NCBI GenBank assembly: GCA_035536115.1
Contig: DATLOU010000014.1
Location: forward strand, 2,937-66,936
Direction: 5' to 3'
DNA: 64,000 nt
Origin: Rhizomicrobium sp.
GTDB taxonomy: Bacteria > Pseudomonadota > Alphaproteobacteria > Micropepsales > Micropepsaceae
The position numbers and the translations under genes were made by a program. Below are positions 50,737 through 60,408 of the stretch, piece by piece. Under the pieces are notes generated by a model, which worked only from the letters and a program-made list of their open reading frames with translations, had not been told where the DNA came from and searched no databases. Numbering within the stretch: the first letter of the stretch is position 1; the number at the start of each line of letters is the position of its first letter.

Positions 50737-51885
50737 GTGGGAATTCCGGTTCAACAGGCCGCGCGCATCGGCGCCTATGTGATGAAGCAGCACCTCACGG
50801 GTACGAAGCGTTATCCGCTCGTGCTCATGCTCGAGCCGCTCTTCCGCTGCAATCTCGCCTGCGCCGGGTGCGGCAAGATCGACTATCCCGACGATATTCT
50901 CAATCAGCGCCTGTCCTATCAGGATTGCATGGAGGCGATCGACGAATGCGGCGCGCCCGCGGTTTCAATCGCCGGCGGCGAGCCGCTTCTGCATCGCGAG
51001 ATGCCGCAGATCGTGCAAGGGTTCCTCGACCGCAACAAGTTCGTGATCCTGTGCACCAATGCGCTCCTGCTGACGAAGAAGATCGATCAGTACCAACCGC
51101 ACGCGAACTTCACCTGGTCGATCCATCTCGACGGCGACAAGGCGATGCACGATCACTCGGTGTGCCTGGAGGGCGTCTACGAAAAGGCGATCGAAGCTAT
51201 CAAGCTTGCCAAGTCCAAGGGCTTCCGCACCCAGATCAACTGCACGCTGTTCTCCAACGCCATTCCCGAACGCGTGGCCGCGTTTTTCGACACGATGATG
51301 GAGATGGGGCTCGACGGCATCACCATTTCGCCCGGCTATGCCTATGAACGCGCGCCGGACCAGGACAGCTTCCTCAACCGCGAACGCACCAAGAATCTCT
51401 TCCGCGACATTCTTTCGCGCGGCAATGGCGGCAAGAAATGGGAGTTCACCCAGTCGCCGCTCTTCCTCGACTTCCTGGCCGGCAACCAAACCTATGAATG
51501 CACGCCGTGGTCGATGCCGTTGCGCTGCGTCTTCGGCTGGCAGAAGCCCTGCTACTTGCTCGGCGAAGGCTATGTGAAGACGTTCAAGGAACTGATCGAG
51601 GACACAGACTGGGACAAGTACGGCGTCGGCAAGTACGAGAAGTGCCAGGACTGCATGGTCCACTGCGGCTTCGAGGGCACCGCCGTCATCGACTCGATCA
51701 AGCATCCCCACAAGCTGATCCCGCTCGCGGTGCGCGGGGTGAAGACGTCGGGACCGATGAAGCCGGATATCGACACCTCGCATCAGCGGCCGGCAGAATT
51801 CGTGTTCTCACGCCATGTCGAGCAGAAGCTAGCCGAGATACGGGCAACCAAGAAAAAGCCCGAGAGCGTCACGGCTGCGCGATAG
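50737..51885 (+). CDS. hpnH: radical SAM adenosylhopane synthase HpnH
   Basis: CNLACAGCG radical-SAM cluster motif, and an N-terminus IPVQQAARIGAYVMKQHL typical of HpnH. A GTG at 50737 with GGAG upstream is an alternative to the GTG at 50719, which overlaps the ispH stop. Confidence 0.9.
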   Translation: MGIPVQQAARIGAYVMKQHLTGTKRYPLVLMLEPLFRCNLACAGCGKIDYPDDILNQRLSYQDCMEAIDECGAPAVSIAGGEPLLHREMPQIVQGFLDRNKFVILCTNALLLTKKIDQYQPHANFTWSIHLDGDKAMHDHSVCLEGVYEKAIEAIKLAKSKGFRTQINCTLFSNAIPERVAAFFDTMMEMGLDGITISPGYAYERAPDQDSFLNRERTKNLFRDILSRGNGGKKWEFTQSPLFLDFLAGNQTYECTPWSMPLRCVFGWQKPCYLLGEGYVKTFKELIEDTDWDKYGVGKYEKCQDCMVHCGFEGTAVIDSIKHPHKLIPLAVRGVKTSGPMKPDIDTSHQRPAEFVFSRHVEQKLAEIRATKKKPESVTAAR

Positions 51886-52497
51886 GGCGGCGAACGCCTT
51901 GTTGGCTTCGCGACCGGTCGTCAGCAAATCCGCGATCTGAAAAGGCTCGCTCACCAGCGAGCGCAGAACGCCGCCGAGACGGATGCGCCCGTTGGCATTA
52001 AGGCGCACGAGCGCTGCCGGCGGCAATCCGCGCGTCGCGGCATCAGAAATCGCGCGGAGCGCCACGAACGGAATCTTGTGGCGGCGCGCGATGCGCGCGG
52101 CGATGTGAGATTCGTTATCGACCGCGTGTGCGCCGGAGATCGCGAACAGGCGGCGTTTACCGTCGACATGGCTCACGATCTCGCCATGGCCGACAATGAT
52201 CGCCGTCGTGGCACGCGGCAACTTTTGGCGCAGGACCGCATTCCACTTGACGTCGGTCGCATAACGTTCCTCGCCATGCACGACGTGGCTCGCGACCACA
52301 ACGTCGCCGGGACGAAGGAGCGGTGCGAGCGCGCCGGCGATTCCGAAACTGACGATGCCTTTGGCCCCGGCGGCGATGGCTTCTTCGAGGCGGCGCGCCA
52401 GAAGCGCTCCGTCGCCGGCCCCGACAACGGGCACCATGCGCGCGCGCCGTGCAATGCGGGCTTCACGCGCAAGACCGGTGACGGCAATGACGTTCAT
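51829..52497 (-). CDS. hpnG: hopanoid-associated nucleoside phosphorylase-family protein HpnG
   Basis: MNVIAVTGLAREARIA...GIVSFGIAGAL...HAVDNESH indicates a PNP/UDP fold. It is the last gene of the hpn operon, and its ATG overlaps the upstream stop (ATGA). Confidence 0.85.
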   Translation of the reverse strand: MNVIAVTGLAREARIARRARMVPVVGAGDGALLARRLEEAIAAGAKGIVSFGIAGALAPLLRPGDVVVASHVVHGEERYATDVKWNAVLRQKLPRATTAIIVGHGEIVSHVDGKRRLFAISGAHAVDNESHIAARIARRHKIPFVALRAISDAATRGLPPAALVRLNANGRIRLGGVLRSLVSEPFQIADLLTTGREANKAFAALSRSRDALGLFLGCPYLG

Positions 52498-53363
52498 GCG
52501 GCGGCGAGCTCCAGAACTCTGCGCTCGACGACGCCTTCGTCATCCTGATCGGCGAAGACGGCAACGCTGCGCGGCGGCGACATATCGGGAAGATGATAGA
52601 CCGCGCAAACGCTGCCGGGACCTGCGCCGCTATGGCCGTACCACATTCCGAATGGACCGTCGGGATCGATCATCAAACCGGTTCCTGGAGTCGGCGTGAC
52701 GAAGGGGCGACCAGTAAGAGCATCCAGCGGTGGCGAGGCCTGCAACATCGCAGCTCTTGATTGGACGGAAAGGAAATCGCTCGTGAAGACGCGATACAGG
52801 AGCCGCGCCGCATCCAAAGCGGTGCCGACGATAAGTCCGTGATAGACCCAGTTGGGGTCGTAGGCGCCGAGATCGGCAAAGGCCAGTCGCTGCATGTCGT
52901 CGCGCTCGCGGGTCAGGAAGGCATGGATGCCGAGCGGCGCGAAGACGGTGGCATGGAGTGCCGAACCAAGTGCGGAGTCGCTGGCGCGCTCGATCTCGCG
53001 GCGCACGAAGTAATACCCGATATTGCTGTATCTCCAGGCCTGCCCCGGTTCGGACAATAAGCGATTCGCGTTGGCCCGACGCAGGAGTTCGTCGACAGGC
53101 CAGGCAGGTTCGCCTCGCGCGACCGCGGCGTGATACTCGGAAAGGCGCCCATAGTCGGTCAGACCCGCGCGATGAGCGAGGAGCTGGCGCAGCGTGTAGG
53201 GTTTTGCCTCCAGCGGTTCGTCCAATGCGAGCTTGCCTTGCTCGACGAGCCGAAAAGCGGCGATAGCGAGCACCGTCTTGCCGAAGCTCCACCACGGTAC
53301 CAGCGCATGCGGCGCACCAAAGTCGGATTCGCTGCCGCCGACGATGCGGGCCGCGAGGATCAC
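52494..53363 (-). CDS. beta-lactamase-fold serine hydrolase (class C / esterase-like) embedded in the hpn operon
   Basis: It has an SxxK motif (SFGKTVLAIAAF) and a YSNIGY (YxN-like) motif. The GTG at 53363 overlaps the shc TGA (GTGA). The ORF-track start at 53510 would overlap shc by 150 nt. Confidence 0.7.
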   Translation of the reverse strand: MILAARIVGGSESDFGAPHALVPWWSFGKTVLAIAAFRLVEQGKLALDEPLEAKPYTLRQLLAHRAGLTDYGRLSEYHAAVARGEPAWPVDELLRRANANRLLSEPGQAWRYSNIGYYFVRREIERASDSALGSALHATVFAPLGIHAFLTRERDDMQRLAFADLGAYDPNWVYHGLIVGTALDAARLLYRVFTSDFLSVQSRAAMLQASPPLDALTGRPFVTPTPGTGLMIDPDGPFGMWYGHSGAGPGSVCAVYHLPDMSPPRSVAVFADQDDEGVVERRVLELAAA

Positions 53364-55312
53364 AGCCCGTACGCGACGTGATGCGAATTGCCTGCCTTGA
53401 GATTGCGGTAGCGCGCGACCGCCCAGAGCGGGAAGAACTTGGGATAGCCGTGATAACGCAGGTAGAACACGCGCGGGAAGCCGCCACCGGTATACTGGTC
53501 CTGCGACCACAATCCGTCGGGGCCTTGCGCGGCCCTGAGATAGCGGATGCCGCGCGCCACAGCGGATGAATCGACCTCACCGGCCGCCATGAGCGCAAGC
53601 AACGCCCAGGCGGTCTGCGACGCAGTCGAAGGCGCGTGATGATAGCCGCTGTAATCCAGCCGGTAGCTCGCACAATCCTCGCCCCAGCCGCCATCTTTGT
53701 TCTGGATTTCGACGAGCCAATGCACCGCGCGCCGGATCATGGGATGGTCGTGAGCGAGCCCCGCCGCGTTCAAACCGGCCAGAGCCGACCAGGTGCCGTA
53801 GATGTAGTTGACGCCCCAACGGCCGAACCAGCTGCCATCGGCCAGCTGCGAGCGCTTTAGAAACTCGATCCCCCTGTGCACCGCAGGATGGTCCTCGGTC
53901 TCGCCAAGTTGCGCCAGCATGCCGATGCAGCGTCCGCTGACATCGTCGGTCGGTGGATCGAGCAGCGCGCCGTGATCGGCAAAGGGAATGTTGTTCAGAT
54001 AGTAGTAAACGTTGTCGGCATCGAACGCACCCCATCCCCCATTCTCGCTCTGCAAGCCTTCAACCCACTCCCGGCCGCGCGCGATTGACTCGCGATAATC
54101 GGCAAAGGGCGCGACGCGTTCCTTGGCGCGGTCGAGCGCGATGACGACCACAGCCGTATCGTCGAGGTCGGGATAGTGGGCGTTGTTGTACTGAAAGGCC
54201 CAGCCGCCCGGGCGCACGTTCGGCCGCTCTTCCGCCCAATCGCCTTTCACGTCGAGAACCTGCCGCGTCTTCAGCCATTCGAGACTCTTTGCCACCGCGG
54301 CGTCAGCCGCGTCGTCTCTGAGTTCCATCAACGCCAGCGCCGCAAGCGCGGTGTCCCACACCGGAGACACGCAAGGCTGGCAGTAGGCCTCGTCATTCTT
54401 GATGACGAGGAGCCGCTCGACCGACTGGCGCGCAATCGCGCGATTGGGGTCGTTCGCTGAGACTCCCAACGCGTCGAACATCATCACGCTGTTTGCCATC
54501 GCTGGATAGATGGCGCCGAGTCCATCCTCGCCGTTGAGCCGTTCGATGGTCCATGCCTTGCACCTGTCGATGGCGCGTTGACGCAATCCCTTGGGCCAAT
54601 AAGGTTCGAAACGCTTGAGCAACCAGTCGAGCGCGGCGAAGAAGGCGGACCAGCCCACGCTTTGATGCGGTGCGCGCGGGCCGATCACGGGCACGCCGGC
54701 AACGAAGAGTTCCGGGACATGCACATTGCGCGGATTTCTCGCGACCGGCTTCAAGGCCGCCAGCACCAGCAGCGGCACGATCACGGTGCGCGCCCAATAA
54801 CTCATCTTGGAGAGATGAATGGGAAACCAGCGCGGCAAGAGAATGAGTTCGACCGGCACCGTCGGGACGTTCTTCCATTCCGTTTCGCCATAAAGCGCGA
54901 GCAGAATGCGCGTGAAGACGTTCGTCTTGATCGCGCCGCCCCGCTCGCGGATGGCGTCGCGGGCTCGCGTCATGTGCGCAGCGTCACTGTCGTCGCCGAT
55001 CATCTTGAGGGCGAAATAGGCCTTGACGGTCGCCGAGATGTCGAACGGGCCGCCATGATAGAGCGGCCAACCGCCATGGCTGCCCTGAATGCGGCGGAGA
55101 TAGTTGCCGATCTTCGTTTCGAGCTCCAGGTTCGGCGTCTCTGCCAGATAGTGAACCAGGAGGACATATTCGGACGGAATGGTCGCGTCGGCTTCGAGCT
55201 CGAACACCCAATGACCGTCCTCGCGCTGCAGCTTCAAGAGCGCGGCGGTGGCCTCGCCGAGCACTTTGTCGACAAAGACGGTGCTTTCATGTTCGCTGGC
55301 CAGCTGGTTCAT
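53360..55312 (-). CDS. shc: squalene-hopene cyclase
   Basis: 650 aa with the catalytic DxDDTA motif (PDLDDTAVVVIAL) and multiple QW repeats (e.g. LQSENGGWG, IQNKDGGWGE, QLADGSWFGRWG). Confidence 0.95.
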   Translation of the reverse strand: MNQLASEHESTVFVDKVLGEATAALLKLQREDGHWVFELEADATIPSEYVLLVHYLAETPNLELETKIGNYLRRIQGSHGGWPLYHGGPFDISATVKAYFALKMIGDDSDAAHMTRARDAIRERGGAIKTNVFTRILLALYGETEWKNVPTVPVELILLPRWFPIHLSKMSYWARTVIVPLLVLAALKPVARNPRNVHVPELFVAGVPVIGPRAPHQSVGWSAFFAALDWLLKRFEPYWPKGLRQRAIDRCKAWTIERLNGEDGLGAIYPAMANSVMMFDALGVSANDPNRAIARQSVERLLVIKNDEAYCQPCVSPVWDTALAALALMELRDDAADAAVAKSLEWLKTRQVLDVKGDWAEERPNVRPGGWAFQYNNAHYPDLDDTAVVVIALDRAKERVAPFADYRESIARGREWVEGLQSENGGWGAFDADNVYYYLNNIPFADHGALLDPPTDDVSGRCIGMLAQLGETEDHPAVHRGIEFLKRSQLADGSWFGRWGVNYIYGTWSALAGLNAAGLAHDHPMIRRAVHWLVEIQNKDGGWGEDCASYRLDYSGYHHAPSTASQTAWALLALMAAGEVDSSAVARGIRYLRAAQGPDGLWSQDQYTGGGFPRVFYLRYHGYPKFFPLWAVARYRNLKAGNSHHVAYGL

Positions 55313-55321
55313 GCGATGGGG

Positions 55322-56572
55322 TTATCCGCTTGTCCGAGAAAGTGCCAGTCGCGCCGCCTTTTGCCCCGAACGGACGGCGCCTTCAAGCGTCGCGGGCAAG
55401 CCCGTATCCGTCCAATCGCCGGCGAGCAGCAAATTGGACCATCTCGTGATGGCCCCGGGCCTCAGCGCCGCTTGCTCAGGGGTCGCGGCAAAGGTGGCGC
55501 GGCGTTCCTTGACGATCTGCCAGGGCGGAAGCTCAGCCGGCAGATTCAGCACCGCGGCGACATCAGACCAGAACAGCGCTGCCAATTCCTCGCGGTCCTT
55601 CTCGACGATGGCGTCGGCGCCGCTGACTGTGATCGAGATGCGATCGGGGAAGGCGAAGACCCACTCAGCCGATCCGCCGATCACGCCCGTCATCAACGGC
55701 GTTCCGGCGGGAGGCGCAATGCGAAAATGCGCGTTGACGATGGCTGAGTGCTCAGCGGGCGCGACAAGGCCGGGCACCAGCTCCATCGCGACCCAAGGCG
55801 GGACGGCGAGAATGACGGCGTCGCGCTCGCCGAGTTCGACGACCGAATCCGGCAATTGCAGACCTGTCACCTCGGACTGGGCGAAGACGAGCGCGCGCAC
55901 ACGCTGACCCAGACGAAGGTTGGCCGCCTTGCGTTTCAGCGTGGCGAGCGCCGGATCGACGAAGGCCGCCGCCAATGTGGGATGGGCGATGCGTGGACGA
56001 TATGCGTGTCCGCCTCGCGCCAGAGACTCGCGAATGACCGCGCCTGCCAATCTTGCGGACGCGCCTTTCGGTTGGGTGTTGAGAACCGCCAGGAGAAACG
56101 GTTCCAGCAAGCGCTCCCACAAGGCGCCCTCGCAGGCGATGACGTCGCCGATGCGCTGGTTTGGCGCGGCAAGCATCAGACGCACCAACGCGAGATAGTC
56201 ATGAGGTTTGGTCCTGGGGACGCGGCGTCTCGCGCTGAACAGCCACCAAGCGATGGCGCTTTCATTGGGGCGGATTGTCCAGCGCTCGCCAGTCCGCACG
56301 TCGGCAAAATCGAACTCGGCACGGTTTGGCCCGGCAAGCGCATTCTCCGCGCCGATGGCGCGAAGGTAGCTCTGTACGCAATGATTGCCCGACAGCACGA
56401 GATGATTGCCGTTGTCGATCACCTGTTCGAGCACCGGATCGAAATAGGAACGGCAGCGGCCGCCTGCCTGCGGCGCGCCCTCGATCAGTTCGACGCTGGC
56501 GCCGTTCTCGGCGAGTGCCACGGCAGCCGAAAGGCCGGCTAGGCCCGCGCCGACGACATAGACTGTGCTCAT
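55322..56572 (-). CDS. hpnE: FAD-dependent hydroxysqualene dehydroxylase HpnE
   Basis: MSTVYVVGAGLAGLSAAVAL is a GxGxxG FAD fold and the protein is amine-oxidase-like. The ATG overlaps the hpnD stop (ATGA at 56569-56572). Confidence 0.9.
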   Translation of the reverse strand: MSTVYVVGAGLAGLSAAVALAENGASVELIEGAPQAGGRCRSYFDPVLEQVIDNGNHLVLSGNHCVQSYLRAIGAENALAGPNRAEFDFADVRTGERWTIRPNESAIAWWLFSARRRVPRTKPHDYLALVRLMLAAPNQRIGDVIACEGALWERLLEPFLLAVLNTQPKGASARLAGAVIRESLARGGHAYRPRIAHPTLAAAFVDPALATLKRKAANLRLGQRVRALVFAQSEVTGLQLPDSVVELGERDAVILAVPPWVAMELVPGLVAPAEHSAIVNAHFRIAPPAGTPLMTGVIGGSAEWVFAFPDRISITVSGADAIVEKDREELAALFWSDVAAVLNLPAELPPWQIVKERRATFAATPEQAALRPGAITRWSNLLLAGDWTDTGLPATLEGAVRSGQKAARLALSRTSG

Positions 56573-57423
56573 CCGAAAAGGCCATTGCGCAAAACGATGC
56601 CGAGCAGCTTCGCCTTGCCGAGGCTGACGCGGCTGCGCGGGGGCTTCCAACCGACGGCCTCTGTCTGGCGCAGGATCTCGCCATACACAGCACCCATAAG
56701 ACGCGGCGTCGCGATGCGGCCCTTCGGTTTCTTCGCGAGAACAGAAGCCGCCTTGGCGTAGCGTCCATGCGCATCGCGCGCCAGTAAGCGGCAGACGGAG
56801 TCGATCCTCGGATCGGCGATCGCGGCTTTCGGATCTCTCGTTGCGATCCCTGCGGCCTCAATATACTCGCGCGGCAGATAAAGCCGGCCGATCGCGGCAT
56901 CTTCGTCGATATCGCGCAGGATATTGGTGAGTTGCAATGCACGGCCGAGCTCATGCGCAAGTTCGAAGCCGGCGTCCTCCTTCATGCCGAACACCTTGAT
57001 CGACAGCCGTCCCACCGCGCTCGCCACCCGCTCGCAATAGAGATCGAGCGTCTGCAGGTCCGGCGCCACGATGTCCCTTTCGACATCCATGTCCATGCCG
57101 TCGATCACCGTGAGGAAATCGACCCTGCGCAGGCCATAGTGCTTGACGGGCTCGGCTAGAAAACGGGCGCGCTCCGGCGGATGGCCGGCATAAAGATCGT
57201 CTAGATCGACGCGCCATTTGAGCAGCTCGGCTTTGCGTTCCTCTCGCGTGCCGACACCGTCGTCGGCGATATCATCGACCAGGCGGCAGAAGCCGTAGAT
57301 GGCGAACATTGCCTCGCGCTCTGCTTTCGGCATCAGGCGCATTGCCGAGTAGAACGAGCTTGAGGACGCCTTTTCCTGAGCCGCCTGAACGACAGGAATG
57401 GATTGTGATGGTGCGAGTGTCAT
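56569..57423 (-). CDS. hpnD: presqualene diphosphate synthase HpnD
   Basis: Squalene/phytoene synthase fold, with FYSAMRLMP, Asp-rich LVDDIAD and a second motif ILRDIDED. Confidence 0.9.
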   Translation of the reverse strand: MTLAPSQSIPVVQAAQEKASSSSFYSAMRLMPKAEREAMFAIYGFCRLVDDIADDGVGTREERKAELLKWRVDLDDLYAGHPPERARFLAEPVKHYGLRRVDFLTVIDGMDMDVERDIVAPDLQTLDLYCERVASAVGRLSIKVFGMKEDAGFELAHELGRALQLTNILRDIDEDAAIGRLYLPREYIEAAGIATRDPKAAIADPRIDSVCRLLARDAHGRYAKAASVLAKKPKGRIATPRLMGAVYGEILRQTEAVGWKPPRSRVSLGKAKLLGIVLRNGLFG

Positions 57424-58295
57424 GGACCAGTTGCCGAGTCGGAGGAGGTCTTTTTAGGCCGAAGCCGGGCCGAGGCAAACTCGCGCAGGCTGCGGAACAA
57501 AAGAGCAGGCATTTCGCCGCGCGTGTGATGCACGCGCTCAGAGAGGGGATCATGGTTCAGAAGGCGTTTCGCCAGGTCCTCGGCCAGGGTCTGAATGACG
57601 TTGACTTCCAATGCGAGGCGGCGGTCGCGGATCTGACGGGCGAAGGGGCGCGCGATCTGCAGAAGCTCCTGCGTGCGACGGGTGAGATCCACGATCACGC
57701 TGCGCAGCGCGAGCGAACTCTTGTCCTTGGCCAGTGCGAGCGTCGACACGCCGGCGCGATCGAGCAAGTCCATTGGAAGGTAGACTCGATCGAGCTGGCG
57801 GTAATCCTTGGCGCAATCCTGCAGGTGGTTGATGATCTGCAGAGCCGTGCAGAGCGCGTCGTTCGCCGGCCAAAGGCTGCGGTCTTCGCCATGGACATCG
57901 AGCACGAAGCGTCCGACCGGCATGGCGGAATAGCGACAATAATCGAGGAGCTCGTTCCAGTTCGCATAGCGTAGCTTGGTGACGTCCTGGCGAAAGGCCC
58001 TCAGGAGATCGAGCGCGTGCTCGTTCGAAAGCGCTCGCGCCGCGAGCACTTTGCGAAGTTCGACGGCTTCTTTGGCATCATCCGCCTCGCCTATCAGGTT
58101 GAGGCGCATATCATCGAGCAAGGCAAGCTTCGCGGTCGGCGTCGCCGCCGCATTGTCGGCGATGTCGTCACTCGCGCGTGCGAAGCGATAGAACGCCATG
58201 ATCGCGGGACGATGCCTGCGCGCAATCAGGATCGAGGCGACGGGAAAATTCTCGTCCTTATGTCCCTTGCCGGATGCGAGCTGCGCCGCCGTCAT
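57420..58295 (-). CDS. hpnC: hydroxysqualene synthase HpnC
   Basis: Squalene synthase-like, with ENFPVAS, FARASDDIAD and LQDCAKD. The ATG at 58295 overlaps the hpnB stop (ATGA). Confidence 0.9.
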   Translation of the reverse strand: MTAAQLASGKGHKDENFPVASILIARRHRPAIMAFYRFARASDDIADNAAATPTAKLALLDDMRLNLIGEADDAKEAVELRKVLAARALSNEHALDLLRAFRQDVTKLRYANWNELLDYCRYSAMPVGRFVLDVHGEDRSLWPANDALCTALQIINHLQDCAKDYRQLDRVYLPMDLLDRAGVSTLALAKDKSSLALRSVIVDLTRRTQELLQIARPFARQIRDRRLALEVNVIQTLAEDLAKRLLNHDPLSERVHHTRGEMPALLFRSLREFASARLRPKKTSSDSATGP

Positions 58296-59422
58296 GTTCG
58301 GCCCATCGCCTGGGCGCGGCCTTTCCACATACCGCCGCGCCCCAGCCAATGCTGCAGCGCCGAGTCGAGCGTGAACAGCGCATAGACCGCGCCGATCAAT
58401 GGCAGAACCAGACCCCAGAGCGGCGACAGGCGGTAGAAACTGAGCGTCGGCTGGAAAGCCAGCGCCATCGCCGCCCAGGCGAGAATGCCCGACGCCTGGG
58501 CGGAGTCGCGCGCCAGGAGCGCGAAAAGCGGCGGTGCCGCATAGACGACGATCATGCCGACCAAGGTGCCGGCAAGCGCAAGCGAGGAGTAGCCAAGCTG
58601 CGCAAAGGCGGAGCGTGCGACCATTGCGCGGATATCTGGCAGGCCACGATAAGGTCTGATGCTCACGGCCCGTTCGCTAAGGCCCAGCCAAATCGGACCT
58701 TCCCGCTTGAGCAGGCGGGCGAGCGCGCAGTCGTCGATGATGTCCGAACGGATGGCATCGATGTTGCCGGCGCGTTCAAGCGCCTCGCGGCGGACGAGCA
58801 TGCAGCCTCCTGCGGCGGCGGCGGTCTTCGTGCGAGGATCATTGACCCAACGAAACGGATAGAGCATTGCGAAGAAGAACACGAAGGCCGGAATGAGATA
58901 GCGCTCGCTCCAGCTCCGGCAATGAAGTTTCGCCATCAAAGATGTGAGCACAAGCCGGTTCGCCTCCGCCCGCGCCACGAGGCGACGGAGATTGTCGGGC
59001 GCATGCGCGATGTCCGCATCGGTCAGCCAAAGATAGTCGGGCGCTCCCGCAGCAGTGACGCCTTGCCTGACGGCCCAAAGTTTTCCCGTCCAGCCGGAGG
59101 GCCGCGGCGCGCCGCTCACCACCGTCATGCAGACGGCGCCGGAAGCGTCGCGCGCGGCCTCGGCCGTTCCGTCATCGCTCTGATCGTCCACGAGTACAAC
59201 GCGGAATGTGCCTGGATAATCCTGCGCCAGAAGGCTCGCCAAGGTCTCGCCGATCACGTCGGCTTCGTTGCGTGCCGGAACGATCGCGACCACCGATGGC
59301 CACGACGTCGGTGACGGTGCTGCGTCGCGGTCGTCGCGTTCCTGCATCACCCAGAACATGCCGCGCGCGGCCAACAGGTAGAGCCAGACGGCGACGGGAA
59401 GGAGTGCAACAAGCGCGATCAT
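58292..59422 (-). CDS. hpnB: hopene-associated family-2 glycosyltransferase HpnB
   Basis: N-terminal TM helix, a GT2 core (VVAIVPARNEADVI, VVLVDDQSDDGT, LWLTDADI) and C-terminal TM helices. It occupies the position between hpnA and hpnC. Confidence 0.85.
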   Translation of the reverse strand: MIALVALLPVAVWLYLLAARGMFWVMQERDDRDAAPSPTSWPSVVAIVPARNEADVIGETLASLLAQDYPGTFRVVLVDDQSDDGTAEAARDASGAVCMTVVSGAPRPSGWTGKLWAVRQGVTAAGAPDYLWLTDADIAHAPDNLRRLVARAEANRLVLTSLMAKLHCRSWSERYLIPAFVFFFAMLYPFRWVNDPRTKTAAAAGGCMLVRREALERAGNIDAIRSDIIDDCALARLLKREGPIWLGLSERAVSIRPYRGLPDIRAMVARSAFAQLGYSSLALAGTLVGMIVVYAAPPLFALLARDSAQASGILAWAAMALAFQPTLSFYRLSPLWGLVLPLIGAVYALFTLDSALQHWLGRGGMWKGRAQAMGRT

Positions 59423-60408
59423 CGAATGTAGCCCGCCTGGCGGAACCAAGAAATCGCGTCCTCGATGCCGCGCGCAAAAGGCCGTGCCTGAAAGCCCAGT
59501 TCGGCTTTCGCCTTCTCCGACGAAAAGTACATAAGATATTTCGACATCTTGAGCGCATCGACGGTAAGGAACGGCTCCTTGCCCCTCATGCGCGCAAACG
59601 CTTCCGCGCCAAACGCGAGCGGATAGAGCGGTGCTCGCGGCAGCCGCACACGCGGCGGCTTTCGTCCCACCAGCGGCGCGATGAGAGCGAGCATGTCTCG
59701 CAGTCGGACGTCTTCGCCGCCCAGGATGTAGTTCTCGCCGATCCGTCCCTTGTCCAGTGCCAGCAGATGGCCTTGAGCGACATCGTCGACATGCACCAGA
59801 TTGAGTCCGGTATCGACGAAGGCGGGCATGCGCCCGTTCGCTGCCTCGACGATGATCCGACCTGTCGGCGTCGGTTTGATGTCTCGAGGTCCGATCGGCG
59901 TCGAAGGACTGACGATCACCACCGGCAACCCCTCGCCGGCCAGACGCTCAACCAATCGTTCGGCAACGAGCTTGCTCTTTTTGTAGACGCCGATGACTGT
60001 CACTTCGTCGTGCCGCGAGGTTTCGTCGACCGCTCTGCCGGCGACCGGTTTCAGTGCGGCGACACTGGACGTGTAGACGATGCGCTCGACGCCCGTGGTG
60101 CGGGCCGCTTCCATCACGGCGCGGGCACCGTCCAGATTGTTGCGCACGATCTCGGATGGATCTCTGGCCCAAAGCCGGTAATCCGCCGCAACATGGAAGA
60201 CATGGCGCACGCCCTCCATCGCCTTTGTCATCGCCTTCACGTCGCGCATGTCGCCGATCATGACGCGGCAATCGAGCCCATCAATGTTCTTTCGCGAACT
60301 CCCTTCGCGCAGCAGCACGCGGACGTCGTCGCCGCGCGCAACAAGCGCACGTGCCACCGCCGAGCCGACAAAGCCCGATGCTCCGGTAACGAGGACAGGA
60401 TCGCCCAT
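59419..60408 (-). CDS. hpnA: hopanoid-associated NAD-dependent sugar epimerase/dehydratase HpnA
   Basis: VLVTGASGFVGSAV Rossmann motif and YKKSK (YxxxK). It lies in the canonical hpnA-B-C order. Confidence 0.85.
   Translation of the reverse strand: MGDPVLVTGASGFVGSAVARALVARGDDVRVLLREGSSRKNIDGLDCRVMIGDMRDVKAMTKAMEGVRHVFHVAADYRLWARDPSEIVRNNLDGARAVMEAARTTGVERIVYTSSVAALKPVAGRAVDETSRHDEVTVIGVYKKSKLVAERLVERLAGEGLPVVIVSPSTPIGPRDIKPTPTGRIIVEAANGRMPAFVDTGLNLVHVDDVAQGHLLALDKGRIGENYILGGEDVRLRDMLALIAPLVGRKPPRVRLPRAPLYPLAFGAEAFARMRGKEPFLTVDALKMSKYLMYFSSEKAKAELGFQARPFARGIEDAISWFRQAGYIR

Noticed and set aside
52630-55747. 354-aa minus-strand off-frame ORF (52630-53694) and 389-aa plus-strand ORF (54578-55747) in the shc / hydrolase / hpnE region
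   Set aside because: These are off-frame or antisense shadows. The shc frame carries DxDDTA and the QW repeats.
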